A stretch of 64,000 bases of DNA. It comes from Dicyema japonicum. Its lineage: Eukaryota; Animalia; Dicyemida. Below are positions 1 to 12,169 of the stretch, in pieces. How positions within the stretch are numbered: the first letter of the stretch is position 1; each line of letters opens with the position of its first letter. Location: NCBI GenBank assembly GCA_011109175.1, contig RDEW01000033.1, positions 496,001 to 560,000 of the forward strand, written 5' to 3'. Below the pieces are notes generated by a model. The model was given only the letters and a program-made list of their open reading frames with translations. It did not search any database and was not told the DNA's origin. Made by a program: the position numbers and the translations under genes.

Positions 1-19
1 GTCTATTGACAGAGCTGAA

Positions 20-1266
20 ATGGATTTGATGAGGAGATCTTATTTAAATTGTTGTCCCCAGTCCAGGCGCCAGAAGGAGGCCACGGATGGTTCATCTTGT
101 TTGTATGATCCTAACGAGAAGGGAATAATCCTGAGTAGTAAACCGAAATATGAGAGCAGACAATCACGATCAACCATCCGTGGCCCACTTCTGGCGCCTG
201 GACTGGATACAACATTTTAATTAGGTCTTCTCATCAAATCCATAATTAAGGAACTCAATTATTATTATTTTCCATACCACCCATTAGAGGCTACCATTAA
301 TCCAGCTGTATTATTTCTTGCTGTGAACATAATTGGTAGACCAATTTGGTTTACTTTAGCCTTACGTTCAACTATTCTTTTTAAATAAGCACACCAAAGG
401 TTTTGCTGAAAAGTTCGGGGTTGGTTTTGTCTATTTCCCTCATTACAACATATTTCGTAGGAAAAATTGAACTGTATTTTCTGACACAATCGATATTTCA
501 AGGTACTTGTTTAATTCACATTAGGAAATGGCTTTGGGATAACTTTTGTTTCTTCCAGCGCTCAACTCTGTGTTTATTTAATTCAGATCCGACATATTGA
601 CACCGCTGTTATTTCTGTTGCACGAGGAATCGGTGTAATGCAATCCCAGTCATAATCAATGAGCTATTCTACCATTTTACATTCAATGTGAGTATCACAA
701 TCTTCGGATCTTTCACTTTTATCATCTCATTACTTGGATTTTTGTTTAGTCCCCGCAGACTATTGCACAAAGACAGATCTGCTGTCAAAGAATACGTCTC
801 TAAAATGGCGAAAGAATACTGCCAAGACCACCAAAATGAAGAACAGAGAGGATAAGAAAATGCCAAGTTTAAAAATATTTTTTGGAATTTCATCAGAAAT
901 GTATTAAAGAATAACACAAAGATTCACTTCCACCTGAAGGAACCGCTTGAAGGTGATGTTCATAAAAATATGGATATCAATGAAATGTGGACGAATTTGT
1001 TTGTAAAATTACACGAAAATAATAAATCTGACCAATCCATAGTTAATCGAATAAATATGTTTTTGGAGATTAGCCGTGATATTATTGCCAAGAGAGCATC
1101 AGTAGATATTGGACAATGTTCTTGCTTTTTAAAATGCCAAAAATTCAAAAATCATACAAAAAGAAAAAAATTGTCCATAAAGATTAATAACAAAACAACC
1201 GATAAATCGAATAAAATAAATATTTTCTTGTTCGTTTTATCTTCTTTTTTTTTTTTTTTTTGGTAA
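20..1266 (+). CDS. SLC16/monocarboxylate-transporter-like MFS protein, N-terminal half plus long hydrophilic region; frameshifts, one in-frame stop near 850, exon structure only partly resolved
   Basis: APEGGHGWFILF resembles the SLC16 PDGGWGW motif. After a 22-nt intron (503-524) reads GNGFGITFVSSS, then ARGIGV..IPVIINELFYHF..ITIFGSFTFIISLLGFLFSP (TM4-6-like). No C-terminal half found. Confidence 0.45.
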
Positions 1267-2365
1267 TCAGTTAATTTATCCCCAGTAAAGCATATTTAAG
1301 ACTGCCATCCATCCAAAGTGGACCCCGCCGACATTATCGACGTTGCGTTGCCTCTCACGATTGCAACAGAGATCAACTGGAGTAGCCACCGGGTCTCACG
1401 TGCGTCGTGGCTTTTTAGTGTAGCTAAGCGTCCAAGTTTCTTTAGGAAGCGAAGCGATTTTCCACTTATTCCTCCAGTTGTCTCGACCACTATCGGATAA
1501 AACGCGAATCGGTCGCGTAGCGCTTCGTACTTCTCCTTTGCCATCATCGTTTTTTCCGCGGAATACAGTGTGTCTACCGCGCTCCCGACAATGTTGGACG
1601 GGCAAAGCGTGTCGACACAAGTAGCGTCCCAGACCAAAGGTTTCCCCTCTTCGAATGGGAAAATTGTGATCCCGTCGGGACGTTTTCCGTCTCCTCTGTC
1701 CAGACCAACAGGTTCTAGTATGGCTGGGTATCCCGCAGACTCCAGGGCTCGCTTGACAATTCCGTTGATCGCCTTGTGTCTTGGGAATCGTCCTGCACTC
1801 CTTCGACAAGAGAGGGCATGGAGTCCATAACAATCGACGGTTGCGCCACATCGGCATTTGTGGGTCCGGCAAATCTCCAGTCCAAGTCTGGTGGAGATGC
1901 CGATGCGGACAGTATCGTCGTCAAGATGGGTCCCGACACTGCCAACTGGGAGTGCATTGATCCATGCGCCACTCGATTCGCATCTTCCAGTGACTAGACA
2001 TGCACGTCTGTGTTGGTTTGATTGGTTCAGAAGCCTCTCATATTTATCCTCGCAGATGGTCCTGTAACGATCTTTCTGCTCAGGCATCATCCCCTTCAAA
2101 TGCTCCATCTCTGTGATTTCAGATGATTCTGTTTGGAATTGGAGAATCATCCTGACCAGCAGTCGGCTGGAGCCCAAAGAGGATAGATAAGCAGGGCAAG
2201 CCAGATCTTTCGTTGAAGGGATTCCCAGTCCGCCCAGGCTAACGGGTAGGGTCGCTTGGTCCCACCCTTGGTCGTCAAATTTCACATTTGTGATACGTTC
2301 AATAGTACTCCGGAAGAGGGAATCGATAGCATCGAGCTGTTGCATTTTCAAGTAGCAGGGTGCCC
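1245..2365 (-). mobile_element. 5'-truncated CRE-clade (restriction-like endonuclease) non-LTR retrotransposon with poly(A) tail
   Basis: Open ORF with QATLPVSLGGLGIP, zinc knuckle CRCGATVDCYGLHALSC..RH and RLE KRPDG..PLVWDATCVD; 17-T run at 1245-1261 lies 35 nt after the stop. Confidence 0.85.
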
Positions 2366-2620
2366 CCCCGGGTTCTTTGATAAGTTTCATTGATATGTGG
2401 TCACATCCTGAAGCATTGACCTTGCATTCCCTGATAGCCGTCATCACTTCCAAGACGCTGACAGTGCTATCAGCAATAGTCGGTTCCTCTTACAAGTGTT
2501 TAAATTTATCAGCGGACACCTTTTTTTTGTCATCAGGGATCAAACTCCACGGATCCACACTCTGAATTTTTTGAACTGATCCATTAGTTTAATGTGACAA
2601 AAAATATACATTACCACAAG
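2366..2620 (-). mobile_element. Fragment of an APE-type LINE RT (region 0), fused in frame upstream of the CRE fragment
   Basis: EVMTAIRECKVNASGCDHISMKLIKE matches KMAIKKCKVNAS.FDFIGMKMFKE at about 44670-44750, not the CRE copies. Confidence 0.55.
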
Positions 2621-2699
2621 AGGCAATTTTTTTTATCTTTTCTCGTTACACAAGACTTGGGTCATGTTATTCAATTATATTTTCGTCAGTGTTTATCAA

Positions 2700-3948
2700 C
2701 AGTATTTGTTGAATTAAGTATATCCTCGAAGCCATCGTCCTATCGATGTGATGACTTCATAGATCTAAATTGAGGATACTCCATCCCGCATCAAAATATC
2801 CATGACGCGGAATCAACGAAAGCGATCCAAAGTCTTGGATTCAAAAGTTTCTAGCTAGTTCTTCACCGAACATAGATGCTAGCAATTTGAAAAATCAACG
2901 ATGGAATCGTATAATTTTACAAATCGTAAAACCTGTTTTTGCAATTATCTCTGCAACTTTGTATGACTAAAATAGTCCAGAAACATTTTGAAATATACTT
3001 TTATTAAAACGAAAAGTTTTAGTGATTTATTTTCATAATTTTTATTTAATTCAAAAAAATTTCTGTTTTTCCAATTGGGTTGAGATGTTTACGCTTTAAA
3101 TGTTCGATTGAGCGCGATGGTTTCATTGCCTTATTGAAAACCACAGTACCACATTGCAAACAAAGCGGTTTATGAAGATCCTGACGATTTTTAATAAATT
3201 TAAAAGAAAGATATTCCTCTTTATAGGTTCTAACTTTTTTTGAAAAAGACTCATCACGAAGTGTTAGAAATCACGCTAATAATTTTAAATGTAATTATTA
3301 TTGAACCAGGACTGGACGCCATATACAAACAGTTCATCGAGTCTATAATAGGATGCGCATGTAATGTCTGGGGATTTAACCTTGCAGAACAAATTTAGAC
3401 AAGATCTGCAACATTCAAGTGAAGGCAGCAACCTACTAAGGAAATCTTCTCGTGTGGAAATCCTGCCCAGAAACCTTGAAAATATGATAGAGGCGACTGG
3501 AACAGTACCCCTGCGAAGGACTCGAGTATCCGGACCCCGCCCATATCGAAAATTCGCAGTAACGCAGTTTGGAACACCGAGAAAGATAAGAAAACTGTTG
3601 GGGAGGTCGAGATCACCTGAATTTGTTTATTTTGGATATGGCGGTGGTTTTTTGGTTCAATAATAATAAATGAAATATAATATAATGTCATATATATGCT
3701 GGTTATTTGAACGAATCTCAATTGCTATCCTGTGAGAATATAGCCACGAAGTCAGGAAGCCTTTATATAACCGTTTACTCTCTAGTCTTTCTTTTTATCA
3801 AATGAAAATGAATAATATAAGACTCGATTATTTATCCGTCTTTAATTTTTCATATAACAATGAGCTCCTCGAAAACCATCGCCCCCCCCCCCTGATCAGA
3901 AAACCATCGCCCAAAAGGGGCGATTGGCCCCTCGTTGAGAACCACTGA
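2700..3948 (-). mobile_element. Decayed hAT (Buster/Charlie/SPIN-like) transposon, 5' end
   Basis: Minus strand of 3936-3948 reads CAGTGGTTCTCAA (Charlie/SPIN-type TIR); broken BED finger PLCLQCG..SNKAMKPS..HLKRKH and SYKVAEIIAK. Confidence 0.7.
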
Positions 3949-4030
3949 CTTAGAACAATGCGTTCTTAAAACTTTATAAAATGCATTATATTTAAAATTT
4001 ATTTTTTAGTATATTTTAAATAAAATTTTG

Positions 4031-4539
4031 ATGACAACACGTGATGAATTTATGTTGGAAGCTTTCAAAGAGGCGGAATTAGCACTCTCCAAGGAAGAGG
4101 TCCCCATTGGATGTGTGCTAGTCAAAAATTCAGAAATAATATCACGTGGGCACAACCTAACAAATCATTCAGGCAACGCAACAAAACATGCTGAGTTTGT
4201 GGCCATTGATGCTGCTTGGGAGAGTGGAGTACGCTCATTCGCAGGGTGTGACATCCATGTGACCATTGAACCTTGTATAATGTGCACTGCTATGCTGATG
4301 TCCATTGGAATAAGCAAGTTGTATTGTTTCCTCATCTTAGTGTCTTCTTTGGTGGATTTAATGATAGATTTGGTGGATGTGGGTCTGTATTGGACATAGT
4401 TGGGGATAATCCTGATGGTTGGGATGCTGTACCTAGTTTTGTTGGAGGTATTATGGCTGAGAGGGCTGTTGATCTCATCAAACTGTTCTATAAAAATGAA
4501 AATTTGAACGCTCCTGTCTCAAAAAGGATTAAAAAATGA
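4031..4539 (+). CDS. ADAT2: tRNA-specific adenosine deaminase 2; one 20-nt intron (4321-4340)
   Basis: HAE and PCIMC deaminase motifs, EVPIGCV, NDRFGGCGSV; removing gtattgtttcctcatcttag joins the two track ORFs. Confidence 0.92.
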
Positions 4540-4603
4540 GTTTTTGCACCAAAGTATTATATTTTGTTAATAAATGATTTTGTATTTATTAACGTTCACA
4601 TTA

Positions 4604-4807
4604 CCATGGACTACTTGGTTGAGATTTATTTTCCTTTCTTCTGTTCCTCCTTACTCTTGTTCTACAAGAGTGCCGCCAATTGCCAGGGTGGCACGAAAAA
4701 TGATCATTGGCTTTCCCCGTTGGTTCTGGGTGAACTTGTGTGACATTGGAAGTACTTTCTTCTTCATAGACGGTGGGAATTGGATACGTTTAATTAGTTA
4801 TTTATTT
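4604..4807 (+). repeat. SINE-superfamily copy (diverged)
   Basis: Aligns with the reverse complement of 32125-32454 (ctgttcctcc, aaaaatgatca, ttaattagtt tail). Confidence 0.6.
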
Positions 4808-6637
4808 TGTCACATGGGCCAAGCGTTACCTATGGGCAGCCTGTTACATTAACCTTGAACCAAGATTAACTTCAATTAATTTTATAATTGAATTAACTTC
4901 AATTAATTTATAAATGATTTATTAACCACAAAAAATTAAATTTAAGTAACTTTTTTTAGTCTACTCATTAATACAGTCGATATTTCTCCTTTCGAATTTT
5001 TTATCTATCAAATTAAACTATTTAAAACTACCTCCACGCGATTATTCGATAAAATATTAATTATTTCTGCAACTGGATAATACTGAGACTCAAACTTATC
5101 CAGTCGCAATGAGGGATTTGTTCCAAAGTCCTTTTTAGCCCGAACCTATTTATTAATGTTTTTGATTCATACTTTATCTCCCATGTTAAAAGTATATTTA
5201 CTATTATGAACATTCATTTTCCTGTTCATAGCTTTGTAATAATTGAATTTTCCTTCAATCGATTTAATTTCGAAGTTGAATCTCTTCGCATTCGGACACA
5301 AATTATCTGACTGGGAATTATCTAGATATAAATTTTTTAAATCAAACTACGTGAATTTTCAATAGATTCTGGAGTCGAACAATTAACCAAATCGTCAATT
5401 TGTTCTGGAATCGCACACTCATCACTTAAATTATCTAAGTCATAATGATATAAGTATAACCATTAATTATTGAATTTATTCCCTTAATTCCTCGATATCT
5501 TTCGAAAGGACTTTCGTTAGAAAATGAATGGACCGATATGTTGTAACTGTAGACAGCACTTTCTAATTTATCAAGCCACTTTTTTTCACTGTTATCCAGC
5601 ATTTTTGACAACTTCCTCGTGATCGTCTGATTAAATCTTTCGACAATTCCTTGTGCTCGTGGATTGTTAGGCCTTCCGTGAATTTGCTTAATGTTAAAAT
5701 CTTCGCAAAGTTTTGTTATTTCTTGATTTTTAAATTCAGAACCATTGTCCGACTGAAGAAATTTACATGGCTCATTCAGGCGGAACAAAGATCTTAAGTT
5801 TTCACATACTTCTTTACAAGACTTATTATAGAGTGGTCGTACAAAAGCGAATCTATAAATTAAAAAAAAACCTACCTACTATATATGTCAATGACCTTTA
5901 AAACCCATTTGAAATTTTCATTTAATGTTGAAAATTTTTTCAGGTCTATCTGAAAACGTTCATTTGGAGAAGAAGCAAACACATGGTGATTTATATCTCC
6001 AATCTACAATTATAAAAAATCACGAACTTTTAAAGGACGCGAAAATTTGCAGACTTCACAATTTCGAATGACTTTTCTGATAATCTCATTCTTTACAGTG
6101 AAGTATCTTTGTCGACATTCATACTCAATTTTATTGACTCCTCCGTGTGAAAACTCGTGCAACGATTTCGCAACATGCTCCATTTCGGTTTCATTATCCA
6201 GGGATATGACTAACTTGGGATCAGTTGATTTAAGATACAGTCTAAAATTATTGAAAATTTACAATACCTGTCATTGATAATAGAAAAATTCTCTATCTTC
6301 TTTACAAGCCTATATTTTCGGTGCCTCGGAAGATTTTCGGGAAATTTATCATGCAAAGCATCTTTTAAAGTTTGATATTCAACGCAATCTTTCACAAAAC
6401 CCTTGTAAGAAGCCATTGCAACAAAATAATCTTCCATGCTATAAATCACGCTAGAAATCTAGGTTTACCGCTATAAAAAAATAAAATCTTTATAATCATA
6501 ACATTTAAATAAAAAACTAATTTAACAGGATTAAATCAGATATAAATCGGATATATAAAATTAAATGTCGGATAATCCAATGAGGGACTCATCCTCATCT
6601 TTGTCGGTCTGGGATCGTACGCGCCGCCCATGTGACA
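4808..6637 (-). mobile_element. Complete Ginger/TDD-like DNA transposon (1,830 bp)
   Basis: Perfect TIRs TGTCACATGGGC (4808-4819) and GCCCATGTGACA (6626-6637); TATTT direct repeat at 4803-4807 and 6638-6642; encloses an integrase gene. Confidence 0.88.
4942..6437 (-). CDS. Integrase-type transposase, 437 aa, 8 exons; introns 6242-6267, 6004-6027, 5853-5875, 5435-5460, 5322-5350, 5146-5172, 5005-5031
   Basis: Spliced CDS is 1,314 nt with no stop or frameshift: LHEFSHGG..CEVC (H2C2), ERFQIDL, VIDIYSRF, LQSDNGSEF, QGIVERFN (D-35-E), GDKVRAKKDF. All seven introns are GT-AG, 23-29 nt. Confidence 0.88.
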
Positions 6638-6642
6638 TATTT

Positions 6643-6750
6643 ACACTTAGTTATCAATGATCCTTTGACGCCACTCTATTAGGAAGAGAGGATGAACAGA
6701 CAAGCAAGCAGAAAACTTCAACCAATTAACCACATGGCGCCACGCGGCGT
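6643..6750 (-). repeat. SINE-superfamily copy, internally deleted
   Basis: gccgcgtggcgccatgtgg head and tagagtggcgtcaa core match the 32125-32454 copy. Confidence 0.75.
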
Positions 6751-8291
6751 GAGATAATGGATGTTTTGTGAGATCTTTAATTAGTTGCTAATTATTAACT
6801 TTTTTTCTGGTGTATTCTGAGTTAAAAAATTAATTTTTTTATAAAACATTTTTATTAATAATTAATTTACAGGTTAGTTGATATGGCAAGGTCTCCATTA
6901 TGGACTGGAGGCAATGAGCAAACAATGGGAGTTACTTCTTATTATCGCGATTAATTAATTTTGGAATAAATTCAGAACTATAAAACAAGGTGTGTACGGG
7001 TGACAGGACAATGACTGCCACCAAATACTCAGGAAACCTTAATTCCTCTAAACAATGCAGGATGACCGTGACAGGTGGTCTCCTTGAATCGCAGACTTCT
7101 GTGATCTCAAAGAGAACACTGAGCCAAGCAGATGACTCTTGGTTGACTTTTTATTATTAATCTTATATGGATGATTGGCCATTTTAGAGCCTTTTTTGAT
7201 TACGGTTATTTGTATGAACTGTCAGAAACCCCCCTCTCCTTGAAACTTAGTTACGATGTTACGGACGCATTATCCCCAATGGAGAAAATCGTTGCTATAA
7301 AGTCTTCTTCCAGATATTTTCCTAGTACGCATAAATCATCTGTTTGTACACAATTTTAAATTTTCCACGTGGAGGAGATAAATTGTTACCGAATATGATA
7401 AAACCCTGCCAGGAGATAGCAGGCGCGAGCGAATATTAAATGTACAATTAAATATCTTCCTATCGTCCAGTAGGAAGATACTGGCTAAGAGTCCAAGCCA
7501 AAAAGTAAAACTAATAAAACCTCATTGAACACCCTTCTCTTAGGCATAAATAGTAAGAAACTGGTATGCGATTGTTTTTAAAAATTAATCAAAATTGAAT
7601 ATTTTTCCTTGCTTATTTCCAATATGGTAATTATCCACGTTGTACACCCATAGAGCCAACTACAAGTTATGGATTTTTTAGCTATGGAACAAAACTTGTC
7701 AGAACAAACACGGATAGAATAAACTCAGCTCAATCCAGTATGACCAAAACAATCTGTCGAATAACATGACTACCAATAAGGGCTAGCCCATTTGAGGTCC
7801 TTGTGATGAAGTCGGGTGGCATATTCACCCAAAATGGAGAATCGCCATGAATTCTTACTGCCGGGAACATCTCAACTACAGGCAAAGCCCCTCGGAAACA
7901 GCAGGCAAAGAACTTGGCTTCAATAAGGATGCTCAATAAGCTGGAGAAGGATTTCATCTAAGCCCAGTTCGGTTCTTGAGTTTACCATCAACATGGTCTC
8001 TTTTGGACTGCTAGTTGTAGAGGGACTTCCTCCTCTAGCCTTAAAGGATTCGTTTATTCATAGACTTGGATTGGTTGCTGCTAAACGGAAGTTTACATTT
8101 GAATTCTTCAACCACTACCTCCATCCAACTGGTGAGGGTGGTATTTTTTTCTTTTTCTTCACGGTGCAGATACCTGTTAACTATTAACTCCTCTCTCGGT
8201 GTTTGAGGGACCAATAAACGATAACCAGTCTAAAAAACACCAATAAAGTTCCAGCTAGCAGGAAGTGTTTAAAAGTTTATATATAATGTGG

Positions 8292-9032
8292 TTAGAAATT
8301 GTAAAATGGACGCACTCCCCACACACTGAGTGGAACAAGTTGATAATTCAACGGATCTCCCAGACCAATATCATCACAGTGCTTCAGTAGTTCCGTGGCT
8401 CGCTCTTCCTAAAACTATCGAACTAAAGAAACCCCATTATCAGATTTTGACTTCAAAAAAGTGATAATCTTGGAGGCACAAGAACTCTTCAGTTGCATGA
8501 TATAGACCGTAGCCTCTGCTAATCCCAAACATGAAGCTTCCACCAAATTTATAAGACATTTGGCGAACTTACACCTCAACTCAGAGATTGGGAGATAGGT
8601 CATCCGGATAACAGACAAATTGAACAGACAATTAGCATTCCTCCCGCCCATTCTATAATATTTTACAGCCTAAATGGTCAGAGAGATCAATACAGCGGAA
8701 AAATTGATTGGAGTACCGATGGCAAAGTGATAACACTGACCAAGGTTGAAACATGTTTTAGGGGAAGGAAAGACGTTGAAGGCCTTGGTGTACCATAATA
8801 GACATTTTCTGTACCGCCCATATTTGTAACACTCCGCTGCCTCCTTGGAGAACCTCCTGCAGATGTCCATCCGCAGATTCTTCATTAATTGGTCGAAGAG
8901 ATTCTCCAGGGAGTAAAAGATCGGTTGGGATTTGATCGCCAATTTAGGACTCTGCACGTGTGGGTCGTCAAATGACTGCAAAGACGGCTTGGATAGTATG
9001 GGGATAAATATTCTGGAACATCTCGTCAACAT
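8292..9032 (-). CDS. Sel1/TPR-repeat protein, DELE1-like; introns 8670-8693 and 8409-8432
   Basis: KTCFNLGQCYHFAIGTPINFSAAVKYY is a Sel1 repeat; basic, hydroxylated N-terminus MLTRCSRIFIPILSK; two 24-nt GT-AG introns give one open frame. DELE1 assignment is from recalled similarity. Confidence 0.6.
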
Positions 9033-10899
9033 AATATCAAACTTCATATAATGAACCAGCTAAACCCAATTACTGAAATTCAGAGACTGATTAAGGATGA
9101 TAAGGGACTGCTCCTCCGAGTTGGAGAAATGGGACATATAACATCGTTGTCCTTGGGGACATTAGTAATGGAGAAATGTCGACCTAAAGGATTGAGACCG
9201 AACTTGAATACGATTTAGGAGAGATAAAACCCGGGATTTTCCAGCAGGAATCATAGACGGTCACAAAATAATAGAGAAAGCGCGATATTCAGATTTTATA
9301 GCAATCGTTCAATGCTGGCAACGTATTAAGGTTAATTGTATTATTAATAGATTAAATAAATTATTATTTAAAATAAAATACTACCAACCCATACCACGTG
9401 GGTCAAAGTGGTGCCATATCACAAATTCAATTAAATTCAAGTTAGTTAGTTAGTTAAGTAACCCAGCCTCACTAACTTGTAGGAGGCCAGCAGCTATTAA
9501 GTAGTACGCAGCAGATGTTGGTCGCTCCCATAGATCGGTCAGTTCCGGCATTGTGGAGAAATATTGTGCCAATTCAATCTGGTTGATTATGGAAGACTGT
9601 TTGCTAGTCATCAATCAAATCATTCATAATAATGCTAATTTGGCTGTCATTTGCTTTTATATCATAATTTAGCTTTTTTAATAAACCCGACACTATTTTC
9701 ATTTTATGACGTCATATCATGTTTTTCTTGGAGATTCATTGAATTGAGTCTATTCGGCCCTGATCTTTGACAGTGTGGTTGGATCAAACGTCATTTATGA
9801 TTGTTATCATTATTTTCTTAATTAATAAGCAGATAATTGTTTTAATTAGGTGTTTCTGACAAATCTCCGAGATAACATCAGTTAGTCTTTAAATCCTCAA
9901 AGTTCTTTTACTTAAGGTAACTTGAGTAAATTCGAGAGCGGTTGCATGGGGCACATTCCTAAACCACTACCAGGCGAACTATTTACAGCTGTTTGGTAAC
10001 GGTATAGTCAGACCATTTCAACTTTGTAACTACTTCTGGTCCCGATTGAAGAAGACTGGGAGTTAACAGGAACGTAAGTAAAAAATGACGCTCTCAGAGA
10101 TCAGTCAAATGGATCTGGTTTGGTAGGGGATGTGGCAGGTCAGAACAAGAAATGACCCTGTGGCCGACAGGCAAACAGGAAGGGCACAAAAACGTGTCGT
10201 CTGATTCCTAGTATTTTGCTGCGACCAAAGGCTCGGATGGCACGAGTTTCCAATTTCACCTTCTCCACTCTATTATCATCCATATTAACTACCACGTCCT
10301 TACCTTATTGAGTGTCAACTCCAACAACAGATTCAAATTCCTATTGGAACATTTTGACTCATGTGTCTTAGTATGCCCTTGTCGGCACATCAATCGATGA
10401 CGTATCCATATATTTTTGTAGCGCTTAAAATATAGATTATTAAAAGCGTCGGGATGTGACGAGATCACCCACTTTCACGTCGAGTCCTCCAGGTCCAGGC
10501 AAGTAGAGATCTTTTCCATACAGAAGTGGATTATGTTCACACCGCCCTTGTAACAACGATTTCGATAGGCTGATTTCAAAAGATCTGCGCTTTAGTATTT
10601 TGGTGTCTTTAAGGACCCTTATAGCACAGGTGGCCACAAAGTCCAAGTTCGGTTTTTTGACAGAAAAGATAATTTCTGAAGTGTTCTTTGGGGTCTGTAA
10701 AAATCTTCTGATGTGTATCTGGTAGTGGATTTGAGTAGTGAGAAGGTTGGGTGGTTACTCAGTATTTATTGTGGCGCGCCATAAGTGAAACACTTATCAC
10801 CTTAAGAAATCACATGAAAATACTTAAGTAACCCTTATAAATTAGCAAAAAACGGCAATAAAAATCCAGCAATCAATCTTTTAATATTATGGTCTAAAG

Positions 10900-11850
10900 C
10901 CACGATTGCAGGGCTGTGGAGAAAAGTTCATGACGTTTTGTCACATGGTGTGCCGGCACTACGAAACCTCGGACTTGAGATAAATATAAAGAAATCGGAG
11001 CTAATAAATATCACATACTTGGAGAGTGATTTTACCATTGTGGTCGAGTCTTTCAACTCGGTACTACCTGGAAATACTCTAGTACCCAGGGAGCAGACAT
11101 ACTTTCTTGGGTGCCCACTTGACGAAAAGGAACTGCGGAGCCATCATCTACCAATGGAGGGTGAACTCTCTAGAGATACGTAGAAGCTCTCGTTACTCAA
11201 TGCTTATACAGCGTTCTTCCATTTGAAAAATAGCATCGGCTCGCCCAAACTCCTATATGCTCTCCGATGTTCTCCCTGCTTCAAACATCGTGACATCCTC
11301 CTGTCACTGGATAGGACATTGAGAAAATCAGCCGAATTGCTTCTAAACATCAACTTTGACGTGCCGAGTTGGAATCAATGCAAGCTTCTTACACGCTTTA
11401 GAGGCATGGGTCTCAGGTCAGCTTAAGAGATCGCCTTTCCAGCATATGTGTCATCGCTCTCAAGGGGCAGCCTTTTGGTCCAAGATATCCTACGTTTTCA
11501 AACCGGACTTTTTTGGGAAAGAGTTTTCGACGAAGCTCGTCGCGAATGGTGTGAAACTGGTTTGGATACGCCGAACGATCCTTCGAGGCAACGAGACTGG
11601 GATGAGATCTACTCCAAGATTATCTTCGACTTGCTAAAGTCTGAGGCCAACCAGCATCTTCTTGCATGCCTCGTGTCCGCCGCCTGGTGCTGCGGGAAGT
11701 ATCACATCCTCTTCCCTGAAGGAAATCGGAGGGAAATTGGCCCACTGTAAGAAAGTGCGGGAAGTGCGGTCTGGCTGAGGCAACGAATTGGGATTGTAGT
11801 TGTCCGCGGAAACGCTTACTCCGTAATGTCAGCAGCCGGCCCTCCCCGTT
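10900..11850 (+). mobile_element. Decayed CRE-like retrotransposon with internal deletion
   Basis: PKLLYALRCSPCF and PSRQRDWD motifs; roughly 90% identical by eye to 35570-36630 but lacks the central RLE segment. Confidence 0.8.
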
Positions 11851-12169
11851 ATTGTCAATAAATGTCGTATAGTATGAGAACCCGGAGCCATCTTCGTGTC
11901 CGGGCTGATAAGTCAAACTTATCATTTCAAACACATGGTTACATGAGTCATTAATGAAACAAAAGGAACCACATTGTATTTCCATGATAGCCACAAGAAT
12001 TAGACAAAATTAAAATTTCGTTTTTCCTTCAAAATTCAGGGACCGATAAGGTTTCCCATTTTGTCCCATACTACGTAGAACATAGAAAAAAATATCAAGA
12101 ATGTCCAAATTTTTTATTCAAAAACTGTTTGTTATTCAAAAAGTATAAAAAAAATTAAAGTTGTGATCC

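Noticed and set aside
1235-2640. ttttatctt as a TSD for the CRE insertion
   Set aside because: Low-complexity match in AT-rich DNA, and the right copy lies beyond a different LINE fragment.
5069-5107. 12-bp stem hairpin
   Set aside because: Lies inside a transposase exon; no independent evidence of function.
4840-6530. Inner inverted match cctgtta.atta as the transposon ends
   Set aside because: No TSD; the outer 4808/6637 pair is perfect and has a 5-bp TSD.
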